Shown here piece by piece: positions 46,564 through 56,651 of a stretch of 62,683 nucleotides of DNA. Position 1 is the first letter of the stretch; every line of letters begins with the position of its first letter. The notes under the pieces are model-generated. The model was not told the origin of the DNA. It saw nothing but the letters and a program-made list of their open reading frames with translations, and did not search any database. The DNA comes from a virus (taxonomy: Duplodnaviria; Caudoviricetes), in the IMG/VR virus record IMGVR_UViG_3300024262_000030, positions 1 through 62,683 of that record; one strand, given 5' to 3'. The translations under genes were made by a program, and so were the position numbers.

Positions 46564-47770
46564 ATTAGACTATTCAGATGTTTCATTGGTTGCTAAATAT
46601 TTTGATGGTGATAGTAGATCTAAACTAGATACATCAATTGAGTTATGTGGGCATACATTCAAGTTACCTGCAATCCCATCCAATATGAAATGTTGTATTG
46701 ACTATGAAATTGCGGAGAAGCTAAGCGAAGCTGGTTACTTTTACGTGTTACATCGTTTTATGCCATACAAGGAGTTGTGTCAGTGGATTTTGGATAGTAA
46801 TGAAAAAGACTTGAAGATGATAAGCATTTCACTTGGAGTCCAAGATCAAGATTACAAGTTGGTTGAATGGTTGGTTAAAAATGACTCACCTGTTGATTTC
46901 ATAACGGTTGATATTGCACATGGTCATTGCAAAAAGATGCGAGACTTTCTATCCCACTGTAAAACTGTATTGGTGGATGAACCAACTAAAATCATAGCAG
47001 GAAACGTCATGACTCGTCAAGGTGTAGAAGACTTGTCAAGATGGGGTGCTGACGCGGTGAAGGTAGGCATCGGCCCAGGAGCCGCATGCTCGACTAAACT
47101 CATGACAGGCTTCCATTCTCCGATGTTCTCAACTATTCAGAAATGTAAAATATCAACTCAAACTGCTCCGAGAGAGGTTATTGCGAAAAAAACTGAACAA
47201 GAAGCAATGGATTATGTGAATAACACCACACGACCTAAAATGCATCATTCATCTGCCACGTTTGAACCTTCTTTTTCAAGTCCATGGGATGAGTTGGTAT
47301 ATATCAAAGCAAATACATCCAACGGCAACCTGCATATCCAACAAGAGAAATTTAAAGAGGTTTTGAATAATGAGATTGACAAACGATTCCAAGACTGTCA
47401 AGTTGATCCAGTTCCAATTATTGCTGATGGAGGCATTCGTCATCCTGGTGACATCGCCAAAGCAATTGCAGCTGGTGCTGACATGGTGATGGTTGGCTCA
47501 ATGTTTACTGCTTGTGTTGATAGTCCAGCGGAAGATATCATGGATGATGATACATTGACGGTCAAAAAGAAAGTGTATTATGGTTCTGCTTCAGTATCCA
47601 ATGGAAATAACAAAAACATTGAAGGTACTACGGTAGAATTGGATTGTAATGGCAAAACATACATGGAATATTTAGATGAATTACAAGGTCATTTACAGTC
47701 GGCAATCTCGTATTGTGGGGGTGATCGGATTGATGATCTAAAAGGATGTGAATATATTCAACACGCTTAA
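46556..47770 (+). CDS. guaC: GMP reductase (IMPDH/GMPR family) with internal insertion
   Basis: SNM, HRF, DIAHGH, AGNV, KVGIGPGAACST, IADGGI, YYGSAS, LQSAISY. Confidence 0.88.
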   Translation: MSELDYSDVSLVAKYFDGDSRSKLDTSIELCGHTFKLPAIPSNMKCCIDYEIAEKLSEAGYFYVLHRFMPYKELCQWILDSNEKDLKMISISLGVQDQDYKLVEWLVKNDSPVDFITVDIAHGHCKKMRDFLSHCKTVLVDEPTKIIAGNVMTRQGVEDLSRWGADAVKVGIGPGAACSTKLMTGFHSPMFSTIQKCKISTQTAPREVIAKKTEQEAMDYVNNTTRPKMHHSSATFEPSFSSPWDELVYIKANTSNGNLHIQQEKFKEVLNNEIDKRFQDCQVDPVPIIADGGIRHPGDIAKAIAAGADMVMVGSMFTACVDSPAEDIMDDDTLTVKKKVYYGSASVSNGNNKNIEGTTVELDCNGKTYMEYLDELQGHLQSAISYCGGDRIDDLKGCEYIQHA

Positions 47771-47972
47771 TTTTTAGGCAATAAATATGACCAGTAAAGC
47801 ATTTTTCATGGGGTTTTTGTCGAAGAAAAAAATAAAAATTTTATTTTGGTGAATGCTTACTGCTTACCAGATATATACAATATTTAAACTTACAATCGAT
47901 ATTATATGTTGACTAAAACAGCAAAATATATTACAATTTATTTTTAAAAACACGAAAGGATTATAAAAAATC

Positions 47973-50393
47973 ATGTCAATTAAAGCATTACAAGACTATA
48001 CAATTTACGCAAAATATGCCAAATACGATACAGATCATCAACGCAGAGAAACTTGGGAGGAACAAGTTGATCGTGTATTTTCAATGCACGAAAGAAGATT
48101 TGCAAAACAATTGAGTGAAAACGAAGAATTCCGTAAGGATTTTGAATTTGCCAAAAAACAAGTTGCAAAACGAAGAGTGCTTGGGAGTCAAAGAGCGTTA
48201 CAATTTGGAGGACCATCAATTGAAAAACACGAAGCAAAAATGTTCAATTGCATCGTTTCGTATTGTGACAGAGAAAGATTCTTCCAAGAATGTATGTATC
48301 TTTTGTTGTGTGGATGTGGGACTGGATTTTCGGTACAAAAAGAACACATTCAAAAATTGCCAGAAATTGGAAAAAGAACCAATGGTGAATTTGAATATGT
48401 CATACCTGACAATATAGAAGGATGGGCTGATGCCATTGGAATGGTTGTCAATTCATTTTTCAAAAATTCAACAGCGTTTTCAGAATGTAATGGAAAAAAG
48501 GTTTCATTTGACTTTTCATTGATTAGGCCTGCTGGAAGCTTCATTTCAGGTGGATTTAAAGCACCTGGTCCAGAAGGGTTGAAAAACTCCATCAAAAAAA
48601 TTGAAGAATTGGTTCAAAAACGAATATCAAGTGATGGTTTTACAACTGATGAATTTGCTGGAAAACTACGACCAATTGATGCTTATGACATTGCAATGTA
48701 TATGTCTGATGCTGTATTATCAGGTGGTGTTAGACGTTCTGCAACGATTTGTGTATTCTCATTTGACGACGATGATATGCTTGGTGCTAAAACTGGTTCA
48801 TGGTTCATTGAGAATCCACAACGAGGGAGATCAAATAATTCTGTCATGTTAATCCGTGATAAAATCACCAAACAACAATTCACAAAGATCATGGAGTCAG
48901 TGAAAGACTTTGGTGAACCAGGTTTTATATGGGCAGAAGATTCAGGAATTCTCGTAAACCCGTGTGTTGAAATTGGCTTTTACCCCAGTTTGGACATTCG
49001 CAAATTATCTCCTGAGAAGTTAGAAGCATTTAAACAAACTGACGAATATAATGAATCCAATGTATTTTACAGTGGATGGCAAGCATGTAATTTGTGTGAG
49101 ATAAATGGTCGCAAAATCAAGAGTGAAGAAGATATGAAGCAAGCTTGTAGAGCTGGCGCTATCATCGGAACTATGCAAGCTGACTATACTACATTTCCGT
49201 ATTTAGGATTGACTTCACAGTATCTTGTTGAACAAGAAGCTCTACTTGGTGTTTCTATGACAGGTATGATGGATAGTCCAGACATTACATTTGACCCAAA
49301 AATCCAAAGAGCGGGTGCCAAAGCGGTTCTTGATCAAAACGAAAAAACAGCAGGTCACATTGGAGTTAATGTGGCAGCTAGAGCAACGTGTGTAAAGCCT
49401 GCTGGAACTACTTCATGTGTATTAGGAAGTTCAAGCGGTATTCACCCACACCACGCTCGTAGATATTTCAGACGAGTTCAAGCGAACAAGTTGGAGTTCC
49501 CACTTCAAGAATTTACAAAACACAATCCACAAGCAGTAGAAGAATCTGTTTGGAGTAACAACGGAACTGATATGGTTATTACATTTTTATGTGAAGTGCC
49601 AAATGGATCGGTTGTCAAAAACCAACTATCAGCAGTAGAACTTTTAGAGAAGGTGAAACTAACTCAGCAGAATTGGGTTGAAGCTGGAACAAGAGTTGAT
49701 AAATGTTCCAAAGAGTTTATACGACACAACGTTTCAAATACAATTACGGTTAAACCGGATGAGTGGGAGGAAATAACACACTTCATTTATGACAACCGAA
49801 AATGGTTTGCTGGAATTTCATTATTACCTTCAAGTGGAGACAAAGACTATCCACAGGCTCCATTCACCACGGTTTTTACGCCTAATGAGCTTGCCAAGAT
49901 GTATGGTGACGCATCGGTATTCGCTAGTGGTTTGGTTGTAGATGGTCTTCACGCTTTCAACAACAATCTATGGGCGGCTTGTGACTGTGCTAGTGGTATT
50001 GGGGAAAAGTTATCAGATGAAATGAAAACTTCTGAACAGCCAAATAGACCCAAGAAGAATGGATATACCGATAAAGAATATTCCAATAAACTTGTAACAT
50101 ATGCGAGAAACCTTGAAAAGTATTTCGTGGAACAAGAAGAATATGACATGTGGTATAACAAAAAAGATTGGATTAGACGAGCGAAGCAATTTGCTGAACG
50201 TTACTTTGACGGCGATCTGAAACAAGCCACATACTGTCTGAAAGACGTATCTAATTGGAAAACTTGGTGTGATTTACGCAGAGAATACAAAGAAATTGAT
50301 TGGTCAAATGTTTATGAAGCAAATGAATTCTATCAGAATGTGGATGAAACTGCTGGTGCTGCATGTGCGGGTGGAAAATGTGAATTGTTCTAA
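47973..50393 (+). CDS. nrdJ: Class II (adenosylcobalamin-dependent) ribonucleotide reductase
   Basis: RETWEE, GCGTGFSV, GGVRRSA, NPCVEI, CNLCEI, TCVKPAGT, C-terminal CAGGKCE; adjacent PduO. Confidence 0.9.
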   Translation: MSIKALQDYTIYAKYAKYDTDHQRRETWEEQVDRVFSMHERRFAKQLSENEEFRKDFEFAKKQVAKRRVLGSQRALQFGGPSIEKHEAKMFNCIVSYCDRERFFQECMYLLLCGCGTGFSVQKEHIQKLPEIGKRTNGEFEYVIPDNIEGWADAIGMVVNSFFKNSTAFSECNGKKVSFDFSLIRPAGSFISGGFKAPGPEGLKNSIKKIEELVQKRISSDGFTTDEFAGKLRPIDAYDIAMYMSDAVLSGGVRRSATICVFSFDDDDMLGAKTGSWFIENPQRGRSNNSVMLIRDKITKQQFTKIMESVKDFGEPGFIWAEDSGILVNPCVEIGFYPSLDIRKLSPEKLEAFKQTDEYNESNVFYSGWQACNLCEINGRKIKSEEDMKQACRAGAIIGTMQADYTTFPYLGLTSQYLVEQEALLGVSMTGMMDSPDITFDPKIQRAGAKAVLDQNEKTAGHIGVNVAARATCVKPAGTTSCVLGSSSGIHPHHARRYFRRVQANKLEFPLQEFTKHNPQAVEESVWSNNGTDMVITFLCEVPNGSVVKNQLSAVELLEKVKLTQQNWVEAGTRVDKCSKEFIRHNVSNTITVKPDEWEEITHFIYDNRKWFAGISLLPSSGDKDYPQAPFTTVFTPNELAKMYGDASVFASGLVVDGLHAFNNNLWAACDCASGIGEKLSDEMKTSEQPNRPKKNGYTDKEYSNKLVTYARNLEKYFVEQEEYDMWYNKKDWIRRAKQFAERYFDGDLKQATYCLKDVSNWKTWCDLRREYKEIDWSNVYEANEFYQNVDETAGAACAGGKCELF

Positions 50394-50408
50394 ATCATTG
50401 ATATACAA

Positions 50409-50657
50409 ATGGTTATAATGGATACTGAACATTGTCCGATCTGCAAAAAACAAAACAACTGCATGTCATCATGTATGTGGATTGGGTCAAAAAATTGTTG
50501 GTGTAGTGGGGAAGATATCCCCACTGACCTAATTGACTGTTTGCCAGATAGTTATCGTGATACAGCTTGTATTTGTAAATCATGTGTTGAAAATTTTCGA
50601 AAAGGAAGCTTGACAAAACCAGAATTGTTTATTAGAATGTATACTGATAAACATTAA
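50409..50657 (+). CDS. Cysteine-rich CWC family protein
   Basis: CPIC..N.C, CWC, CICKSC. Confidence 0.8.
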   Translation: MVIMDTEHCPICKKQNNCMSSCMWIGSKNCWCSGEDIPTDLIDCLPDSYRDTACICKSCVENFRKGSLTKPELFIRMYTDKH

Positions 50658-51197
50658 ATGAAATATAAGAATATTACACAAAAAAAGGGCGACACTGGCT
50701 TTACCGATTTATGTCTCGGTGGACGTGTGTCCAAAATAGATCCAAGAATTGATGTCGTTGGTGAAATTGACGAATTCCATGCAACACTTGGGTTGTGCCG
50801 AAATGATTTAGATGGTATTACATGTTCACATCTTAATAAAATACAATTGCATTTAACCTTGTTAATGGGTGAGATATCAACTGCAGATGAAAATAAGCAA
50901 AAATACAGAGAAACGTTTGACTTCGTTTCAAATTCACATTTGAAGTATATTGATGACCTTCTAAATTATTATGCTGGAATTCTTGACGATTTAAATAGAG
51001 ATCAACGTGGTTGGGCATATTATGGACACCGTGGAATTCCAGCCGCCAAAGTGGATCACGCTGGAACTGTGTGTCGTAGATGTGAAAGACGCGTAGTGGC
51101 ATTGAGTGATCAATTTGAAATTCGGGAGGAAATACTCGCTTATTTAAATCGTTTAAGCAAGGTTTTATACTTAATTGCTCGGTTTTTCGAAAACTAA
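50658..51197 (+). CDS. pduO: ATP:cob(I)alamin adenosyltransferase, PduO type
   Basis: KGDTGFT.L, RVSK, GEIDE, TVCRRCER, YLNRLS..AR. Confidence 0.9.
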   Translation: MKYKNITQKKGDTGFTDLCLGGRVSKIDPRIDVVGEIDEFHATLGLCRNDLDGITCSHLNKIQLHLTLLMGEISTADENKQKYRETFDFVSNSHLKYIDDLLNYYAGILDDLNRDQRGWAYYGHRGIPAAKVDHAGTVCRRCERRVVALSDQFEIREEILAYLNRLSKVLYLIARFFEN

Positions 51198-51210
51198 TAG
51201 TTATTATAAT

Positions 51211-51248
51211 TTGACAAATCCTCATGGGTATGGTTTAATGTAGTCATG
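51211..51248 (+). promoter_or_regulatory. Promoter of the prkA operon
   Basis: TTGACA-17-TTTAAT; 30 of 38 positions form two blocks identical to 7750-7787. Confidence 0.7.
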
Positions 51249-51286
51249 AGTTTTTTAACACACAATACAGAAGGGAAATAGTTACA

Positions 51287-53224
51287 ATGGCAACATTCAA
51301 AACAATCGCCGAAGGTTACAAAAAGAGAAAAGATGAAACATTCTCTCTCGAAGAATACATGGAACTTTGTAAAACAGACAAAATGGCTTATGCTACTGCC
51401 TCCGAAAGGGCGTTAGATGCAATAGGTCAGCCAGAGTTTGTTGATACACAGAAAGATCCAAAGCTTGGAAGAATATTCCAAAACAGAACAATCAAGTTAT
51501 ACCCAGCATTCAAAGATTTTTACGGCATGGAGGATGTCATTGAAAAAGTCGTTGGTTATTTCAAACACGCTGCTCAAGGGTTAGAGGAAAAAAGACAGGT
51601 ATTATACCTACTTGGACCTGTTGGTGCTGCTAAATCAACATTGGCCGAAAAAGTCAAGGAATTGATGGAAGCTAGACCGATTTATGTCCTGAAAGCGGGA
51701 GAAGCAGTTTCTCCAGTTTTTGAATCTCCACTTGGGTTATTCAAGACAATCGGTGCTGATTTACCTGAGATATCAGGCGAATACGGTATACCGGAAAACA
51801 GATTGAATGGAATGCTTTCGCCATGGGCGATTAAACGACTAGATGAATTTGATGGAGACATCACAAAATTCTCAGTGGTAAAAATGTATCCATCTAAACT
51901 TCGTCAAATTGGTATCATGAAAACTGAACCAGGTGACGACAACAATCAAGACATTAGTTCATTGGTTGGTAAAGTTGATCTCCGCCGTTTGGATGAATTG
52001 AGTCAAAGTGATCCTGATGCATATAGCTTCAGTGGTGCTTTAAACAGAACAACTCAATGTTGTATGGAGTTCGTGGAAATGTTCAAAGCTCCAATCAAAA
52101 CTCTTCACCCATTATTAACTGCCACACAAGAAGGCAATTATGTTGGATCGGAAGAAATTGGACCTATTCCATATGAAGGTGTGGTATTGGCTCATAGTAA
52201 TGAATCAGAGTGGAAGACATTCAGAAACAACAAAAACAATGAGGCGTTTCTTGATAGAATCTATCTTGTGAAGGTGCCTTACACATTACGTTGGGAACAA
52301 GAACAGAAGATTTATCAAAAGTTGTTGAATTCTTCAAATCTTGGCGATGCTGCATGTGCTCCAAAAACATTGGAATTGCTTTCTAAGTTTTGTGTATTGA
52401 CACGACTTCGTGAACATGAGAATTCAAATAAGTATACCAAAATGAGAGTATATAATGGTGAGAATTTGAAAGATGTTACACCTGGAGCTAAAAGCTTACA
52501 AGAATATCGTGACTTCGCTGGAGTTGATGAAGGTATGGAAGGTATTTCTACCCGTTTCGCTTTCAAAGTGTTGTCAAAGACATTCAATCATGATCCTGTT
52601 GAGGTATCTGCTGATCCAGTTCATTTGATGTATGTGCTTGAAGAAGCTATCCGTCAAGAACAATTCGGAGAAGACCGTGAAAACAAATACATAGATTACA
52701 TTAAAACCGTAATCACTCCAAAGTATTTTGATGAAATCGGAAAAGAAATTCAAAAGGCGTATCTTGAAAGTTATTCCGATTATGGTCAGAATATATTTGA
52801 CAGATACATTGATTACGCTGATCACTGGATTCAAGATCAAGATTTCAAAGACCATGATACAGGTCAGTTGATCTCAAAGGATGCTCTTGATGAAGAGTTG
52901 GAACAGTTGGAAAAACCTGCTGGAGTTTCAAATGCACAAGATTTTAGACATGAGGTTGTAAACTTCGTCTTGAGATCAAGAGCTAGAAACAAAGGTAAGA
53001 ATCCAGCATGGAACACTTATCAGAAGATGAGAGACGTGATTGAGAAAAAGATGTTTGCTTCTACGGAAGAATTGTTACCTGTAATCTCTTTTGAGACAAA
53101 GAAAGAGAAGAAGGATCAAAAGAAACATGATGACTTCGTATCACGCATGGAAAGTAACGGTTACACGAAAAGACAGATCAAACGTGTAGTGGACTTTTAC
53201 ATGAGATATTCAAAAAGTAACTAA
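51287..53224 (+). CDS. prkA: PrkA/YeaG AAA+ serine protein kinase family
   Basis: GLEEKRQVLYLLGPVGAAKS, TEPGD.NNQDIS, EFVEMFK, HSNESEW, GISTRF. Confidence 0.96.
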   Translation: MATFKTIAEGYKKRKDETFSLEEYMELCKTDKMAYATASERALDAIGQPEFVDTQKDPKLGRIFQNRTIKLYPAFKDFYGMEDVIEKVVGYFKHAAQGLEEKRQVLYLLGPVGAAKSTLAEKVKELMEARPIYVLKAGEAVSPVFESPLGLFKTIGADLPEISGEYGIPENRLNGMLSPWAIKRLDEFDGDITKFSVVKMYPSKLRQIGIMKTEPGDDNNQDISSLVGKVDLRRLDELSQSDPDAYSFSGALNRTTQCCMEFVEMFKAPIKTLHPLLTATQEGNYVGSEEIGPIPYEGVVLAHSNESEWKTFRNNKNNEAFLDRIYLVKVPYTLRWEQEQKIYQKLLNSSNLGDAACAPKTLELLSKFCVLTRLREHENSNKYTKMRVYNGENLKDVTPGAKSLQEYRDFAGVDEGMEGISTRFAFKVLSKTFNHDPVEVSADPVHLMYVLEEAIRQEQFGEDRENKYIDYIKTVITPKYFDEIGKEIQKAYLESYSDYGQNIFDRYIDYADHWIQDQDFKDHDTGQLISKDALDEELEQLEKPAGVSNAQDFRHEVVNFVLRSRARNKGKNPAWNTYQKMRDVIEKKMFASTEELLPVISFETKKEKKDQKKHDDFVSRMESNGYTKRQIKRVVDFYMRYSKSN

Positions 53225-53272
53225 TTCAAAAGGATAACGGGGGAGAGAAAATCTCTCCCGCCCTTCTTTACT

Positions 53273-53470
53273 ATGCCGAGACAAGAAAACAAAAAACGGA
53301 TTGAAGTACGACTTGAAAAAGAAATCGTAGACGATCTAACATACGATGTACTTTACATTGACAATAAAGAAATTGTAGCATTCCATTTGGAAAACATTGA
53401 AAAATTAAATTTGGAACATAACAATGCAACAATTTTACAATTTTTAACAGACTATTTTAAACAGCCATGA
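53273..53470 (+). CDS. Hypothetical protein inserted between prkA and yeaH
   Basis: ATGA overlap with yeaH. Confidence 0.55.
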   Translation: MPRQENKKRIEVRLEKEIVDDLTYDVLYIDNKEIVAFHLENIEKLNLEHNNATILQFLTDYFKQP

Positions 53471-54768
53471 GTAATTTCCGGGTAATTGACAGAAGAAAAA
53501 ATCCAAAGGGTAAATCAACAAGCAATCGCCAGAGATTCATTGATCGTGCTAAAGAAGCAATCAGAGAATCAATCAAGGATAAAATCCAAGATAGAAAGAT
53601 TGGAAATACCACAGGCGGTGAAAATGTAAATATTCCAAAAGAAGGAATTAAAGAACCTACGTTTGGACACGACTGGAAAACAGGCAAAAAACAAGATGTT
53701 AGACCTGGAAACAAAAGTTACAAAAGCGGAGACAAAATAAAGAAGCCGAAAGACGGTCAAGGTGGAAAGGGAGCTGGAAAAGGACAAGGTTCAGACGATG
53801 ATGATATATCAGAAGACGAATTTGAGTTTGCTTTAAGTAAAGATGAATTTTACAACATTTTCTTTGAAGATTTGGAATTGCCAAATTTGAAAGACAAGGA
53901 AATGAATGAAATCAAGCATTACAAAATGATTCGTGAGGGGTATCGCCGTGACGGCAGCATCAGTAACCTTGACAAGTTGCAATCATACAAAAATTCACTT
54001 GGAAGACGTATGGCATTAAAACGCCCACCTAAGAAGAAGCTTTATGAATTGGAAGAAGCACTTGAAAAGGCAAAAACCAAAGCGGAAAAAACAAGACTTG
54101 AAACTGAGATCGCTGCTTTGAAGAAAAAGTATAAAACAGTACCATTCTTTGACGAAAACGATATGCGTTTCAGAAACTTTACACAAAAACCTCAACCAAA
54201 TAGTAAGGCTGTGATGTTTTGTGTGATGGATGTATCTGCTAGTATGGGTGAGCATGAAAAAGACCTTGCCAAACGATTCTTCATGTTGTTATACATGTTT
54301 CTTGAGAGAAAGTATGATCAAACTGATATCATTTTTATTCGCCATCACACCGACGCAATAGAATCTACAGAGGATGAATTCTTCCACTCCAAAGAGACTG
54401 GTGGAACCAAGGTATCTTCAGCAATCCACAAATTGAATGAGATTCGTAAGGAACGTTATCCGACAAACGAGTGGAACGTATATGTTGCACAATGCTCTGA
54501 TGGAGACAATTGTGGTTCAGCTGATACAAAGGAATGTATGGATATTATTCAGAATGAAATATTACCAGTAACTCAGTATTACGCTTACATTCAAACGGAA
54601 TATCAAAGAATGAGTTATGGTGGTTCATATTTTGACAAGGAATATGGATTGTGGGCATACTACGAAGAACTTAAAAACTCAAACAAACACTTTGAAATGA
54701 AACAGGTTGCTGAAGCTCCTGACATTTGGAAAGTATTCATGGAATTATTTAAAAAGCAAGACGCATAA
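53467..54768 (+). CDS. yeaH: YeaH/YhbH (DUF444) vWA protein
   Basis: IDRR..KS..NRQRF, FEDLELP, MDVSASM, FIRHH, ETGGT, SDGDN. Confidence 0.95.
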   Translation: MSNFRVIDRRKNPKGKSTSNRQRFIDRAKEAIRESIKDKIQDRKIGNTTGGENVNIPKEGIKEPTFGHDWKTGKKQDVRPGNKSYKSGDKIKKPKDGQGGKGAGKGQGSDDDDISEDEFEFALSKDEFYNIFFEDLELPNLKDKEMNEIKHYKMIREGYRRDGSISNLDKLQSYKNSLGRRMALKRPPKKKLYELEEALEKAKTKAEKTRLETEIAALKKKYKTVPFFDENDMRFRNFTQKPQPNSKAVMFCVMDVSASMGEHEKDLAKRFFMLLYMFLERKYDQTDIIFIRHHTDAIESTEDEFFHSKETGGTKVSSAIHKLNEIRKERYPTNEWNVYVAQCSDGDNCGSADTKECMDIIQNEILPVTQYYAYIQTEYQRMSYGGSYFDKEYGLWAYYEELKNSNKHFEMKQVAEAPDIWKVFMELFKKQDA

Positions 54769-54776
54769 GGAATAGA

Positions 54777-56351
54777 ATGGCAAAACGAAACAAATTAATG
54801 TATACCGATTCTGAATGGAATTTTGAAAGTTTAGATCGTGCATACGAAGAGATTGAAAAGATTGCAGTTGAAGAATTGAATCTGAGTTATTATCCAAATC
54901 AGATTGAGATAATTTCATCGGAACAAATGCTTGACGCATATACATCAGTGGGTATGCCTATGATGTATAACCACTGGAGTTTCGGTAAATCATTCGTACA
55001 ACAACATGACCAATACAAACGTGGTCAGATGGGTCTTGCTTACGAAATCGTTATCAACTCTGATCCATGTATCAGTTATTGTATGGAAGAAAATACCATG
55101 ACGATGCAGACGTTGGTAATTGCACATGCTGCTTTCGGTCACAACTTCTTTTTCAAAAACAACTATCTTTTCAAAGAATGGACGGATGCAAGTAGTATCA
55201 TTCCATATCTTAGTTTCGCTAAGAAATACATTGCGGAATGTGAAGAAAAGTATGGTCAAAGAAATGTTGAAATGATCTTGAATTCATGTCATGCTTTACA
55301 AAGTCATGGTGTAAATAGATACAAACGACCACGCAAGTTATCATTACACGAGGAACATCTTAAACAAGAAGATAGATCAAAATTCTTGAGTGAAAATGTA
55401 AATCACTTATGGGAAACTTTGACAAACAAACGCAAAACTGCAAAAGATGTTGAAGAAGCTTCTTCATTCTTGAAGGAACCGGAAGAAAACATCCTGTATT
55501 TCCTTGAGAAACATTCTCCTGTGATGGAACCTTGGCAACGAGAGATTATCAGAATTGTGAGGAAGATTGCACAGTATTTTTACCCACAGGCACAAACAAA
55601 AGTGATGAATGAGGGAACTGCCACATATGTTCACTATTACATCATGAATCGTTTATATGAAAAGGGTTTGATCAGCGAAGGTCATATGCAAGAGTTTTTG
55701 ATCTCCCATACTGGCGTTGTATTTCAACCTGACTTTGATGATGTTGTAGTTTACAAAGACAAAAACGGAGAAGAAAAGGCGTATTCAAGATACAGCGGAA
55801 TCAATCCATATGCTTTGGGATTTGACATGTTTAAAGATATTCAGCGTATTTGTGAGAATCCAAGTGAGGATGAAAAGTATTTGTTTCCTGATGTTGCTGG
55901 TCAAGATTTCATAGGGGTATTTCACAACGCCGTGGAAAATTTCAGAGATGAAAGTTTTATCCGCCAATTTTTAAGTCCTGAACTTGTTAAAAAATGGAAA
56001 ATGTTTATCATGACTGATGATGCATCGGATAAAGAAAATTACTCAATTGATGCAATTCAAAATGAAGATGGATTTGAATCCATACGAGAAGCATTAGCCG
56101 AAAGACATACAATTTCAAACTTTTATCCTGAGATAAAGATCACGGATGTTGATTTGAAAGGCGACAGAACTATATATCTGACTCATACGGCACACAATGA
56201 AATGGAACTTGGTAAAGATGACATTGAAGATGTGATGAAACATCTTTATAGATTGTGGGGTCATAACATTGTAATTGAAAGTCGGAACGCAGATGATGGA
56301 AGCCTCATTGAAGATTTCGCAACTGATTTATCAGACGAAGACGATGATTGA
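54777..56351 (+). CDS. ycgB: SpoVR/YcgB family protein
   Basis: GMP..Y.HWSFGK, AYEIVINS, HAAFGHN.FF, KVMNEG.A, NPYALGF. Confidence 0.95.
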   Translation: MAKRNKLMYTDSEWNFESLDRAYEEIEKIAVEELNLSYYPNQIEIISSEQMLDAYTSVGMPMMYNHWSFGKSFVQQHDQYKRGQMGLAYEIVINSDPCISYCMEENTMTMQTLVIAHAAFGHNFFFKNNYLFKEWTDASSIIPYLSFAKKYIAECEEKYGQRNVEMILNSCHALQSHGVNRYKRPRKLSLHEEHLKQEDRSKFLSENVNHLWETLTNKRKTAKDVEEASSFLKEPEENILYFLEKHSPVMEPWQREIIRIVRKIAQYFYPQAQTKVMNEGTATYVHYYIMNRLYEKGLISEGHMQEFLISHTGVVFQPDFDDVVVYKDKNGEEKAYSRYSGINPYALGFDMFKDIQRICENPSEDEKYLFPDVAGQDFIGVFHNAVENFRDESFIRQFLSPELVKKWKMFIMTDDASDKENYSIDAIQNEDGFESIREALAERHTISNFYPEIKITDVDLKGDRTIYLTHTAHNEMELGKDDIEDVMKHLYRLWGHNIVIESRNADDGSLIEDFATDLSDEDDD

Positions 56352-56380
56352 TATAAAATAAATTGTTTCAAAATATAAGA

Positions 56381-56411
56381 AGCCCAACAAGTAAATTTGT
56401 TGGGTTTTTTT
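56381..56411 (+). terminator. Intrinsic terminator
   Basis: AGCCCAACAA..TTGTTGGGTT then T tract. Confidence 0.8.
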
Positions 56412-56441
56412 GTATATATGTGTATATATATACATAGAAAT

Positions 56442-56651
56442 ATGAAAAAGCAAGTGATTGGAAATTTAAAGCTTACAACCGTGAAAATCTTTGAGAATAG
56501 ATATCACGATTTTAAGCGTATGAACCTTGGTGGGGATATGACACTTCAAAAATTGGTCAATCGTTCATTGAACTTATACCTGACCAACGAAGAATATCGA
56601 ACCATGATTGATGAAATGCTGGAATTGCAAAACAGCGGGAGCTCATTTTAA
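56442..56651 (+). CDS. Small conserved phage protein (ribbon-helix-helix-like)
   Basis: KLTTVK..FK..LQKLVNRS..LY. Confidence 0.65.
   Translation: MKKQVIGNLKLTTVKIFENRYHDFKRMNLGGDMTLQKLVNRSLNLYLTNEEYRTMIDEMLELQNSGSSF

Noticed and set aside
47790-47940. Cobalamin riboswitch or NrdR boxes upstream of nrdJ
   Set aside because: One imperfect inverted repeat and AT-rich near-matches only; no B12-box; the CAGCAA at ~47919 lacks the family closing stem
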